This document shows positions 28,856 through 38,304 of a stretch of 64,000 bases of DNA, piece after piece. The notes beneath the pieces were generated by a model. It was not told the origin of the DNA. It searched no databases and saw only the letters and a list, made by a program, of their open reading frames with translations. How positions within the stretch are numbered: the stretch's first letter is position 1; every line of letters starts with the position of its first letter. A program made the translations under genes and the position numbers. Origin of the DNA: an uncultured Gemmatimonadaceae bacterium (GTDB lineage: Bacteria; Gemmatimonadota; Gemmatimonadetes; Gemmatimonadales; Gemmatimonadaceae); NCBI GenBank assembly GCA_963740355.1, contig CAVUDW010000002.1:2112001-2176000 (forward strand). Reading direction: 5' to 3'.

Positions 28856-29380
28856 TCACCGCCGCTGGTAGCGCACCTGCACCAGCCCGGTGGGATGACT
28901 CTCGGCGCCGGTCAGCAGCCATTGACTGCCCGGCAGGCCGCGGGTGAACAGCGGTCGCCCTGAGCCGAGCAACACCGGTACGATCGAAAGGGTCATGTCG
29001 TCGACAAGCGCCTCGTCGAGTCCCTGGCGGATGGTGGCGCCGCCGTCGAGGTACACTCGCTGCACGCCTTCACTGCCGAGGCGATCCATCAGCGGTGCCA
29101 GCGCGCCTGCGTACGCGGTTTCGCCGAACGCCGGTGTGAGCGGACGGTTCGTCAGCACGATCACTCGTTTGCCATCGAACGGCCAGGTGTCGAATGTTCG
29201 CACGGCGTCGTACGTCCCGCGGCCAAGCACCACGGTATCAACCGTGGCCATGAAGCCGCTGTAGCCATAGTCGCCGCCACCGGCGTCCTGCACGTCAGCG
29301 AGCCAATCGAGGCCCCCATCGTCAGCCGCAATGAAATTGTCGAGACTGGTGGCGATGTACACCGAGACGCGTGGACGCAC
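28856..29380 (-). CDS. Dihydrofolate reductase-like (RibD C-terminal) protein
   Basis: YIATSLDNFIA, LGRGTY, YLDGG, VPVLLGSGRPLF; AGGAGA before GTG. Confidence 0.9.
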   Translation of the reverse strand: MRPRVSVYIATSLDNFIAADDGGLDWLADVQDAGGGDYGYSGFMATVDTVVLGRGTYDAVRTFDTWPFDGKRVIVLTNRPLTPAFGETAYAGALAPLMDRLGSEGVQRVYLDGGATIRQGLDEALVDDMTLSIVPVLLGSGRPLFTRGLPGSQWLLTGAESHPTGLVQVRYQRR

Positions 29381-29538
29381 AGACTTCTCCTGACGAAACG
29401 ACCGCTGACGCAAGACGGTTTACGCGCCATCAAAGCTAATGCGATGTCACGCTCCATTCATCGCCGCTGGTGTGCCCCGGCGTGATGTTCCACCAGATTT
29501 GCAGTCACTTCACCCGTCACCCTCGAGCGTTTCTCCTC

Positions 29539-29892
29539 ATGCAGTTCCTTCTCATCGGGCTTGGCGCCGGCCTGCTCTCCGGCTTGTTCGGCATCGGCGG
29601 TGGCATCGTGATCGTGCCATTGCTCGTCTTCCTCGCACAGATGGCGCAGAAGACTGCCACCGGCACCTCGCTCGCCGCGCTCCTGCTGCCGGTCAGTGCG
29701 CTTGGCGCGTGGCAGTATTACAAGGCCGGTGCGATGGATACGCGAGCCGCACTGCTCATTGCACCGGGGCTCGCGATCGGCGCGCTGCTCGGCGCAAAAA
29801 TCGCGCTGCAACTGCCCTCGCGCGACTTGCAACGTGCCTTTGCCGTGTTCCTCTGCCTCGTGGCGGGCAGGATGTGGATGTCGGCGAAATGA
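29539..29892 (+). CDS. TauE/SafE family membrane protein (half-size)
   Basis: GLLSGLFGIGGGIVIVP, ATGTSLA. Confidence 0.85.
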   Translation: MQFLLIGLGAGLLSGLFGIGGGIVIVPLLVFLAQMAQKTATGTSLAALLLPVSALGAWQYYKAGAMDTRAALLIAPGLAIGALLGAKIALQLPSRDLQRAFAVFLCLVAGRMWMSAK

Positions 29893-29947
29893 TCAGCGGC
29901 GATCGCACGGACCGCTGAGAGTCATCGTCGGACGCTGCGCGACCGCC

Positions 29948-31306
29948 TCAGCTGAGGCGGCGAAGTACTCGACGCACCTTCTCGACGATTTCACTCACCT
30001 GCGACTCGCTCACGATCAGTGGCGGTGACAGCGCAATGATCTCGCCGGTGATGCGCACCAGCAGGTCCTCGTTCCAGAAGCAGGCGTTCATGGCGTCCAT
30101 CGCACGCGCGCCCACCATCCCGTCGCGCGTCGTCATCTCGATCGCGCCGACGATGCCGATGTTGCGGATGTCGATCACGTGCGGTTCTCCCCTGAGGGAG
30201 TGCACCGCGTCTTGCCAGATGGGCGCCAGCGCAGCCGCGCGCTCGAAGATTCCCTCATCCCGATAGAGCTTCAAGGTTGCCAGTGCTGCGGCCGTGGCGA
30301 TCGGATGCCCAGAATACGTGTAGCCGTGGAACAACTCGATCCCACGCTCCGTCGCCGAGACCACCGTCTCGTAGATCTCGCGCCTGACGGCCGTGGCACC
30401 CATCGGAATGGTGGCGTTCGTGAGCCCCTTCGCCATCGTGAGGATGTCCGGTGCCACACCGAAATGCTGCGCCGCGAATGGCGCACCGAGGCGGCCAAAG
30501 CCGGTGATCACTTCATCGAAGATCAACAGGATGCCATGCTGGTCACAGATCGCGCGCAAGCGCTCGAGGTAGCCGACCGGTGGCACCAGCACGCCGGTTG
30601 ATCCTGCCATCGGCTCGATGATCACCGCGGCGATCGACGCCGCGCCAAACTCCGCGATGATCGGCAGCAACGCATCCGCCAGCTCCGCGCCAAACGCGGG
30701 CTGCCCCTGCGAGAACGCATTCCGTGCGAGGTCGTGCGTCGCCGGCATGTGGCTCACGTGTGGCAGTAGCTGCCCCGCGAATGCGTCCTTGTTCGGTGCG
30801 ATGCCGCCGACGGAAATGCCACCGAATCCAACGCCGTGATAGCCACGCATGCGCCCCACGAACCGTGTGCGCTCCGTCTGCCCGCGTGCACGCCAGTAGG
30901 CGAGGGCGATTTTCAGCGCGGTATCGACCGCTTCCGAGCCGGAATTCGAGAAGAAGACGCGATCCATCCCGCTCGGCAGCAACTGCGCGAGTTCGTTCGC
31001 CAGCGTGAAGGTCGCGGGATGCCCCATCTGGAAGGCCGGCGCGAAGTCGATCGTCGCCACCGACTTCTGCACCGCCTCGACGATCGGCGCCCGGCAGTGA
31101 CCTGCGTTCACGCACCAGAGCCCCGCCGCGCCGTCAAGGATCTGGCGGCCGTCATCGGCGGTGTAGTGCATGTCTTTTGCACTCACCAGCAACCGAGGCT
31201 TGGCCTTGAACGCCTTGTTGGCGGTGAAGGGCATCCACAGTGCGTCCAGTGCGTCATCGTGCGCTGGCGTGGTGGCAGCAGTCGGCAGCGGAGCGGTCGC
31301 GGTCAT
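29948..31306 (-). CDS. Class III aminotransferase, omega-amino acid/beta-alanine:pyruvate type
   Basis: LWMPFTAN, AGLWCVNAGH, NSGSEAVDTALK, LIFDEVITGFGRLG, MAKGLT, HGYTYSGHP. Confidence 0.92.
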   Translation of the reverse strand: MTATAPLPTAATTPAHDDALDALWMPFTANKAFKAKPRLLVSAKDMHYTADDGRQILDGAAGLWCVNAGHCRAPIVEAVQKSVATIDFAPAFQMGHPATFTLANELAQLLPSGMDRVFFSNSGSEAVDTALKIALAYWRARGQTERTRFVGRMRGYHGVGFGGISVGGIAPNKDAFAGQLLPHVSHMPATHDLARNAFSQGQPAFGAELADALLPIIAEFGAASIAAVIIEPMAGSTGVLVPPVGYLERLRAICDQHGILLIFDEVITGFGRLGAPFAAQHFGVAPDILTMAKGLTNATIPMGATAVRREIYETVVSATERGIELFHGYTYSGHPIATAAALATLKLYRDEGIFERAAALAPIWQDAVHSLRGEPHVIDIRNIGIVGAIEMTTRDGMVGARAMDAMNACFWNEDLLVRITGEIIALSPPLIVSESQVSEIVEKVRRVLRRLS

Positions 31307-31431
31307 CGGCAAGTCCGGGAAGGGGAGGCCCCCAAAGATCACTCAGGTATCGCCGCACTGCTACCTGATCGACCACCTGCTGCCCAGGTGTCGACAGTCC
31401 GCCCCGCGCTCCCCGAGCTGCCTCGCCTGCG

Positions 31432-32973
31432 CTAGAGCTTCGTGACGCCGGCGCGACCCTGTTCGCATCGCCATGACGACGCCGTGACCTTCGGCGCCCC
31501 AGGTCGCGACACGTAGTCCACGATCTGGTAGTCAGCGCGCCACGCGTCCGGCGTCACGGTGCACGACACGTAGCCACGGCGGTTGTTGTGCCACCGGACC
31601 TCAGGCTTCTTCGCTGCGGCCGCTTCGCTGAAGTACGGTGAACGTTCGCTCCCGTCACCTTCTGACGAAATCGACGTGCCCACGAACTCGGTGGCGATCA
31701 CGGGACGGTCGGGCCGATCGAATCCCCGGCGGACATCCTGCACATAGTTGCTGTGAATGTCGCCCGTGATGACGACCGTGCGGCCGGCCGCGCGCTCCGC
31801 AATCGCCGTCAGCAGGCGGTCGCGTGCCTTCGGGTAGCCACTCCACACGTCCATGTAGACCGGATCGCCTTTCTTCGGTGCCGTCGTCTCCGGCGCGAAC
31901 ATGATCTGCTGAGCCAGCACCTGCCACTTCGCCCGTGACGCCGCGAGGCCATCCACCAGCCAGCGCTCCTGTGCACTGCCCAGCATCGTGGCCGTCGGTG
32001 AGCCCCAGTCTCCGCAGGGAATTGGCTTCGTACCATCCTCACACGGCTGGTCGCTGCGGAACTGGCGTGTGTCCATCACCCAGAATCGGGCAAGGGCGCC
32101 CCAGTTGATCGAACGGCGAATCGACAAGTCGGCCCACGACGCGGCCCGCGGTACGCGAACGGGCTGATGCTCCCACCACGCCTGGTAGGCGGCAGCGCGA
32201 CGAGCGCGCATCTGCTCCGCCGACTCGTACACGTTTTCGCCGATGTCACCGGCGTAGTTGTTGTCCACTTCGTGGTCGTCCCACGTAAGCACCCACGGCG
32301 CCCGTGCGTGCGCGGCCTGGAGCAGCGGGTCCAGCTTGTACTGCGCATAGCGACGACGGTATTCCTCGAGCGATCGACACTCGAAGCCTTCGTGTTTGCG
32401 CGGCCGCCCGTTGATGCCGGCGTATTCGTAGATGTAGTCGCCAAGGTGCGCCACCAGATCCAGTTCCTCCGCCGCCATGTGTTCGTAGGCCGTGAAGAAC
32501 CCTGTCTCATAGTGCTGACACGATGCAAACGCGAACCGGAGTGGCGTCAGCGCGCCAGCCGCCGGCGTCGTTCGCAGGCGACCGACCGGGCTGACGAAGT
32601 CGCCGACGCGGAAGCGGTAGAAGTACCAGCGATCCGCTGCCAGGCCGTCCACGTCGGCGTGCACCGAGAAGCCGAGTTCAGGCGCCGCCGTGTACATCCC
32701 CTTCTGCACGACCTTCGTGAATCCCTCGTCGTCGGCCACCTCCCACGCGACCCGTGTGCGCACCCCATCCATGCCCCAGTCCGGGTCCAGCGGGCGTGGT
32801 GCAAGGCGGGTCCAGATCACGCCACCGGAGGGGTGGGGATCGCCGGAAGCGACACCGAGCGCGAATGGGTTCTCCGCGAATCGGTACCGGCGCGACAGGC
32901 GCTCGAGCGAAGGTGTCGCGGCGCCAATCGCGGCGTACCGGGTCAGGTCACTGAGGAAGTTTCGACGGTCCAT
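31432..32973 (-). CDS. phoD: Alkaline phosphatase D family
   Basis: DRRNFL, FALGVASGDP, FASCQ, HLGDYIYE, WDDHEVDNN, ITGDIH. Confidence 0.92.
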   Translation of the reverse strand: MDRRNFLSDLTRYAAIGAATPSLERLSRRYRFAENPFALGVASGDPHPSGGVIWTRLAPRPLDPDWGMDGVRTRVAWEVADDEGFTKVVQKGMYTAAPELGFSVHADVDGLAADRWYFYRFRVGDFVSPVGRLRTTPAAGALTPLRFAFASCQHYETGFFTAYEHMAAEELDLVAHLGDYIYEYAGINGRPRKHEGFECRSLEEYRRRYAQYKLDPLLQAAHARAPWVLTWDDHEVDNNYAGDIGENVYESAEQMRARRAAAYQAWWEHQPVRVPRAASWADLSIRRSINWGALARFWVMDTRQFRSDQPCEDGTKPIPCGDWGSPTATMLGSAQERWLVDGLAASRAKWQVLAQQIMFAPETTAPKKGDPVYMDVWSGYPKARDRLLTAIAERAAGRTVVITGDIHSNYVQDVRRGFDRPDRPVIATEFVGTSISSEGDGSERSPYFSEAAAAKKPEVRWHNNRRGYVSCTVTPDAWRADYQIVDYVSRPGAPKVTASSWRCEQGRAGVTKL

Positions 32974-33070
32974 CGCATTATCCTGTAGCCGGAACGTGTC
33001 CGGCGAAAGTCGGCGCCGTCACGACGATGCCACAAACGCAGCCTGCTGAAACCCTCCCGTGGAGACCGCG

Positions 33071-33931
33071 GTGATCTCGTACGACCCGAAGAACTGGATT
33101 CGCCTGTTGCTCGATGTGCCGCGCAGCCGCGTCTTCCGCACGCTGGCGCTCGACATGTTGGCGGCTGGTGCCTACGCCGCAGGTGTCGTCTGGCTCGAGA
33201 CGGAAGTGATCGGCTCACTGCTGCCACTCGGTCCGTCGTTCCTCTCGATCCTCGGGATCATCCTCGGCCTGCTGCTCGTCTTCCGCACCAACACCGCCTA
33301 CGATCGCTGGTGGGAAGGACGCAAGTTGTGGGGCCAGTTGGTGAACGTCTCGCGTGGTCTGGCGCACCATCTGGACGCCATGTTCGGCGCCTCGGCCGCA
33401 CGCGCTGAGGACCGCGCGCGTTACGCGAGGATTCTGTCGACCTTCCCGGTCTCGCTTTCGCGTCACCTTCGGGCGCTGGGCAGCGTGCCCGGGGCAGATG
33501 CACCCATCGCACTGATCTCGTCGCTGCACCGCGCTGTTCATGCGGACATTCTCGCAGGTCGGCTAGCCGCCGATGCGCGCATCGCGCTGGCACCACTGCT
33601 GCAACAGTTCGACGATGTGCTCGGCGCCTGTGAACGAATCCGCAAGACGCCGATTCCGTACAGTTATTCCTCGTATGTGAAGCAGTTCGTGCTGCTCTAC
33701 GCGGTGGTGATGCCATTCGGACTGGCGAAAGACTTCGGCTACGGCGCCGTGGTGGCCTCGATGCTCACCTTCTTCGCCACCATGGGTCTCGAGCTCCTCG
33801 CCGAGGAAGTCGAGGAACCGTTCGGCGGCGATAGCAACGACTTGCCGCTCGACGACATCGCCGAGACGATCGGGCGCGACGTCCATCGCATACTCGGTGT
33901 GCCACTGCCGCCAGACGACAGCGCCCCTTGA
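33071..33931 (+). CDS. Bestrophin-family (YneE-like) channel
   Basis: LLVFRTNTAYDRWWEGRKLWG, CERIRKTPIP, EEPFGGDSNDLPLD. Confidence 0.92.
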   Translation: MISYDPKNWIRLLLDVPRSRVFRTLALDMLAAGAYAAGVVWLETEVIGSLLPLGPSFLSILGIILGLLLVFRTNTAYDRWWEGRKLWGQLVNVSRGLAHHLDAMFGASAARAEDRARYARILSTFPVSLSRHLRALGSVPGADAPIALISSLHRAVHADILAGRLAADARIALAPLLQQFDDVLGACERIRKTPIPYSYSSYVKQFVLLYAVVMPFGLAKDFGYGAVVASMLTFFATMGLELLAEEVEEPFGGDSNDLPLDDIAETIGRDVHRILGVPLPPDDSAP

Positions 33932-35895
33932 TGGACCACTCACGTCAAGCACGGCACGCGGGGCTGCTGGTGTGTGCGCTGCTGCTGGTGGTGTATGTCG
34001 CGACTGCGGCACCGTCGATCACCTTCTGGGACGCCAGCGAATTCGCCACGGCGATTGGAACGTTCGGCATCCCGCATCCGCCCGGCACGCCACTCTACGT
34101 GGCGCTCGGCGCGGCGCTCTGGCATCTCGTGCCTGGCCTCTCGCCGGCGCAGGCAGGGACGCTGCTCTCGGCGCTCGCGACGGCGCTCGCGTGTGGTATC
34201 GCCGCGTGGCTGATCGTGCGCGTGAGTGGCAATCGCGCGCTGGGCATCGTTGCCGGGGTCTCTGCCGGCGCGATGGGAACGGTGTGGACCAATGCGACAG
34301 AGACGGAGGTGTATGCGGTGTCGCTGCTTTCGGTCGCGATCCAGATCGCTGCCGCCTGGCGCGCGCACTCGCGCAATGACGATCGCGCCCGAATCCTCCT
34401 CTGCTTCGTCGCGGCGCTCTCCATTCCGCTGCACCTCAGTGCACTGGTCGCCACGCCCGCAGCGTTGCTGCTCGCGATGACTGAGCGTGATGGGGCGGTG
34501 CAATGGCGCATCCTGGTCGATGCCGCGGTGCTGGTAGTGGCCACGGTGCTGCTGAGTCACGGCTCGTGGTATCTGGCATTCGCCTGCGTCGCATATGTTG
34601 CCCTCGACTCCCAGTTGCACGGTCCCCGCGCGCATTGGTGCCTTCGTGCCGCGGCCGTGACGCTGCTCGGCTGGAGTGCGGTGGCGATCATGTTGATTCG
34701 CGCGCGACAGGCACCGTTTCTCAATCAGGGCGATCCCGACACGTTCGTGAAGTTGCTGAATGTCATGTCACGTGCGCAGTACGATGTGGCTGGACTCTGG
34801 CCACGTCGTGCACCGTTCTGGCTGCAGGTCGGCAACATCGGCCAGTACGCCGACTGGCAGGTAGCGCTCGGCCTCTGGAACGACGTCACGCCGTCATGGT
34901 TTCGTACGCCGTTCACCGTGCTGGCAGCGGGCCTTGGCGTGCGCGGCGCCGTGGCACACTGGCGGTCGCATCGCGTGACCGCGACGGCCATGCTCTGCCT
35001 GATGCTGTTGGCCACACTCGGTGTGTGTGTGCAGCTCAACCTGCTGTCCGGTCCGTCGTTCGGATTCGGCATTCTCGCTGATTCGGCGCCGCGTGAGGCA
35101 CGTGATCGCGAGTACTTCTTCGCCCTCGCGTTCTGGTGCTGGGGCCTCTGGATCGGAGCAGGGGCGTGGGTGCTGGCGCGGCGCACGCGCCGACCAATGC
35201 TGCTCGCCGCCGTTGCGCCGCTCCTGATGATCGCGGGGAACTGGCGCGCGATGCGTCGCGACGTGATGCCCGACAAGCAGATCGCGGCCACCATGGCTTC
35301 GGAGTTTCTCACCGACACGCCATTCGGCGCTCTGCTCTTCACGGCCGGTGACAACGATTCGTATCCGCTCTGGTACCGTCAGGCGGTGGACTCGGTACGG
35401 CGCGATGTGCAGGTCGTCGTCACATCGCTGCTCCCGGCGAACTGGTACTTCCGGGAGGCGGCGTCCCGCGGTGTTCACCTCGTCGCAGATACCGCGATCG
35501 CGCCGGTGGCGGTCCTCCGGGCTGGCGCGCTGGCGCAAAGGCAGCTGGACCTCCGGGGCACGATTGCGGTCAGCATTGCGCTCCCCTCGTACTTTCGCGC
35601 CGAGCTCGGCCGGTTGTCCGGCGTGACCTGTTGGCGCCGGGAGGGGCTGGTGGACGTCGGAACGCGTCGCGAGGTCTGCCCACCGCGGATCGACGCCGAG
35701 CGCAATTTTGCCAGCGCTCAGCGGATGGGACCGCTCGTGCGAGCCCGGACGCGCTCGTCTCTCGATGGAATGGTCGGCGCATTTCAGGAATTGGCGCGCT
35801 GCCCCGAACTGGCGACGACGGTGGTGCTGCAGGGCGTCGCATCCCTCGATTCCGCCTCGCGCCGATTGCTTGATATCACGTGTAACCTCCGGTAA
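33931..35895 (+). CDS. DUF2723 polytopic membrane protein (GT-C-like glycosyltransferase)
   Basis: APSITFWDASEF, GIPHPPGTPLY, NATETEVY, FTAGDNDSYPLWY. Confidence 0.85.
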   Translation: MDHSRQARHAGLLVCALLLVVYVATAAPSITFWDASEFATAIGTFGIPHPPGTPLYVALGAALWHLVPGLSPAQAGTLLSALATALACGIAAWLIVRVSGNRALGIVAGVSAGAMGTVWTNATETEVYAVSLLSVAIQIAAAWRAHSRNDDRARILLCFVAALSIPLHLSALVATPAALLLAMTERDGAVQWRILVDAAVLVVATVLLSHGSWYLAFACVAYVALDSQLHGPRAHWCLRAAAVTLLGWSAVAIMLIRARQAPFLNQGDPDTFVKLLNVMSRAQYDVAGLWPRRAPFWLQVGNIGQYADWQVALGLWNDVTPSWFRTPFTVLAAGLGVRGAVAHWRSHRVTATAMLCLMLLATLGVCVQLNLLSGPSFGFGILADSAPREARDREYFFALAFWCWGLWIGAGAWVLARRTRRPMLLAAVAPLLMIAGNWRAMRRDVMPDKQIAATMASEFLTDTPFGALLFTAGDNDSYPLWYRQAVDSVRRDVQVVVTSLLPANWYFREAASRGVHLVADTAIAPVAVLRAGALAQRQLDLRGTIAVSIALPSYFRAELGRLSGVTCWRREGLVDVGTRREVCPPRIDAERNFASAQRMGPLVRARTRSSLDGMVGAFQELARCPELATTVVLQGVASLDSASRRLLDITCNLR

Positions 35896-35898
35896 ATT
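35870..35898 (+). promoter_or_regulatory. Sigma70-type promoter for yggS-divIVA, embedded in the end of the upstream gene
   Basis: TTGATA-N17-TAAATT, 8 nt before ATG 35907. Confidence 0.65.
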
Positions 35899-35906
35899 CA
35901 CAGCTT

Positions 35907-36590
35907 ATGGCGTTTTCGGACCTCGGTCTGCGGGTGCAGGAAGTACGGGATCGGATCGAGGCTGCGCGCGCGCGTGGTGGGCACGGTCAGACAGTACGCC
36001 TGATTGCAGTGACAAAGACACATGGCGCCGACGCGGTCGACGCGGCTGCCGCCTGCGGAATATCGGACGTCGGTGAAAACAAGGTGCAGGAGGCGCTCGA
36101 CAAGATGCGGGCCACCCAGGCTGCGGTTCGCTGGCATCTGATCGGACATCTGCAGCGCAACAAGGCGAAGGCGGCACCGCATTTCGCCATGGTTCACTCG
36201 CTCGACAGTCCGCGATTGGCCGATGCTCTGCAACAGGCGGCCTCGCAGGCTGATCGTGTGCTCGATGTGCTGGTGCAGGTGAACGTCGCCGGTGAAGCAC
36301 AGAAGAGCGGCATTGCACCGTCCGAGGTCGAGGGGCTGGCCACGCACGTGGCCGCACTGCCGTCGTTGCGCGTGTGCGGCGTGATGTGCCTTGCACCGTT
36401 CACGGATGACGAGCGCATCATGCGCACTGCATTCCGTGGGGCACGTGAGGCGCTGGCGCAGGTGCGGGCGGCGGGACATGCTGGCGCACACGAGCTGTCG
36501 ATGGGAATGTCGAATGACTACGAGGTTGCGGTGGAGGAGGGGGCCACACTGGTCCGCTTGGGCACCGTACTGTTCGGAGCGAGGAACTGA
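35907..36590 (+). CDS. yggS: PLP homeostasis protein YggS
   Basis: LIAVTKTH, GENKVQE, WHLIGHLQRNK, LSMGMSNDYEVAVEEGATLVRLG. Confidence 0.95.
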   Translation: MAFSDLGLRVQEVRDRIEAARARGGHGQTVRLIAVTKTHGADAVDAAAACGISDVGENKVQEALDKMRATQAAVRWHLIGHLQRNKAKAAPHFAMVHSLDSPRLADALQQAASQADRVLDVLVQVNVAGEAQKSGIAPSEVEGLATHVAALPSLRVCGVMCLAPFTDDERIMRTAFRGAREALAQVRAAGHAGAHELSMGMSNDYEVAVEEGATLVRLGTVLFGARN

Positions 36591-37414
36591 TGTCTGACGA
36601 ACAATTTCGATTGACGCCGCTGGATGTGCGGCGCTGGGAATTCGGGTCGGCGCTGCGCGGCTATGACCGCGTGCGTGTCGATGAGTTCAAGGCGCGCGTG
36701 GCCGATGAAATCGAGGAGCTGGCGCGGCGCATCAACGATCTCGACACGAAGGCTCGCGGCTTCCACGAGCAGATCCGGTCCTTCCGCGAGCGTGACCGCG
36801 CCATCAACGACGCCCTCGTCAGCGCGCAGCAGTTGCGCACGGACATCCGCGAACAGGCCGAGAAGGAAGGGTCGCTGGTCCTGCAGGAGGCGCGCAGCGA
36901 GGCCGACAAGGCGCTCGGCGAAGCCAAGCTCGAGGCCGACCGGCTGACGCAGGATTCCCGGGCAGAAGCCGACAAGGTCCTCACCGATGCCAAGGTGCGG
37001 TCCGAGGAGATGCTCCGCGACTCTCGCGACGAATGTGAGCGCATGCTGCGCGAGGCCAAGGCGGAAGCGCGCTCACTGGTCGAGGATTCGCGCAACACCG
37101 CGAAGCGGATCGCCAGCGACCTCGATCAGCTCAACCGCTCACGCACCTCGTACCTCTCGCAGATGAAGGCGCTGGCCGAACGTCACTTGCAGGACGTCGA
37201 GGCATCGCGCACCGCCGCCCCGATCCTGCCGGCGTCCGTCGACATGTACCTCCACGAGACCGATGACGTCGTCGACGCGCGCATCAAGCCGCGCCCGACG
37301 CCGCTTATGAGCGCGATCGTGCCCGCCAAGGAAACGATCACCGATCCCGACACCGTTCGTGCGCTGACCGATGGCATCATCCCCCGTGGCGTGATGCCGG
37401 AGAAGCAATCGTGA
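36590..37414 (+). CDS. divIVA: DivIVA domain protein
   Basis: LTPLDVRRWEFGSALRGYDRVRVDEF followed by a long coiled coil. Confidence 0.9.
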   Translation: MSDEQFRLTPLDVRRWEFGSALRGYDRVRVDEFKARVADEIEELARRINDLDTKARGFHEQIRSFRERDRAINDALVSAQQLRTDIREQAEKEGSLVLQEARSEADKALGEAKLEADRLTQDSRAEADKVLTDAKVRSEEMLRDSRDECERMLREAKAEARSLVEDSRNTAKRIASDLDQLNRSRTSYLSQMKALAERHLQDVEASRTAAPILPASVDMYLHETDDVVDARIKPRPTPLMSAIVPAKETITDPDTVRALTDGIIPRGVMPEKQS

Positions 37415-38304
37415 CCGGCACCACGCCTTCGCTCAACGCGACCGTCGAGCTCAGGGCGTACCGCAAGGTGTCGCCGATGCCCATGCCGCACAGCGTGGAG
37501 CGCATCACGGCGGCGGCACAGGCGATTCAGGCGCACTTCGCGAAGGTGCCCACCGAAGCCATCATCCTTGGCACCGGTCTGGGACAACTCGCGGACCAGA
37601 TCGAGATCGAGGCCACGATCGACTACGCGGACATCCCGGGATTTCCGCTGTCCACCGTCGAGAGCCACGCTGGTCGACTGCTGTGCGGCACCCTTGGCGG
37701 TCGCACGATCATCGCCATGCAGGGGCGTTTCCATCGCTACGAAGGGTACAGCATGCACGAGGTCACCTTCCCGGTGCGCGTGCTGCGGGCCCTCGGCGCG
37801 ACGACGCTGATCGTGTCGAACGCCTGCGGTGGCATGCACCCATTGTGGGAACGAGGAGACCTGATGCTGATCGCCGATCACATCAACCTGCTCGGTGACA
37901 ATCCGCTCGTCGGCCCCAACGATCCGTCGCTCGGCCCGCGATTCCCCGACATGTCGGTGGCCTACGACGCCGAACTCCGTGCGCTCACGCGGCAGGTCGC
38001 GGCAGAGCAGGGCATGACGCTGCGGGAAGGGATCTACATCGCGGTCGTCGGGCCCAACCTCGAAACACGTGCCGAGTACCGCATGCTGCGCGCACTCGGC
38101 GCCGATGTGGTGGGCATGTCGACCGTACCAGAAGTGATCGTCGCCCGCCACGGCGGAATGCGAGTGCTTGGACTTTCCATCATCACTGACATGTGTCTGC
38201 CGGATTCGCTGCAGGAAGCGACGCTGGACGAGATCGTCGCGACCGCGAACGCCGCGCAGCCGAAGTTGACGGCTCTCGTGCGCGGAGTGCTGGAGAAGCT
38301 GTGA
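37411..38304 (+). CDS. punA: Purine nucleoside phosphorylase (trimeric type)
   Basis: ILGTGLG, QGRFHRYEGY, GPNLETRAE, GADVVGMSTVPE. Confidence 0.93.
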   Translation: MTGTTPSLNATVELRAYRKVSPMPMPHSVERITAAAQAIQAHFAKVPTEAIILGTGLGQLADQIEIEATIDYADIPGFPLSTVESHAGRLLCGTLGGRTIIAMQGRFHRYEGYSMHEVTFPVRVLRALGATTLIVSNACGGMHPLWERGDLMLIADHINLLGDNPLVGPNDPSLGPRFPDMSVAYDAELRALTRQVAAEQGMTLREGIYIAVVGPNLETRAEYRMLRALGADVVGMSTVPEVIVARHGGMRVLGLSIITDMCLPDSLQEATLDEIVATANAAQPKLTALVRGVLEKL

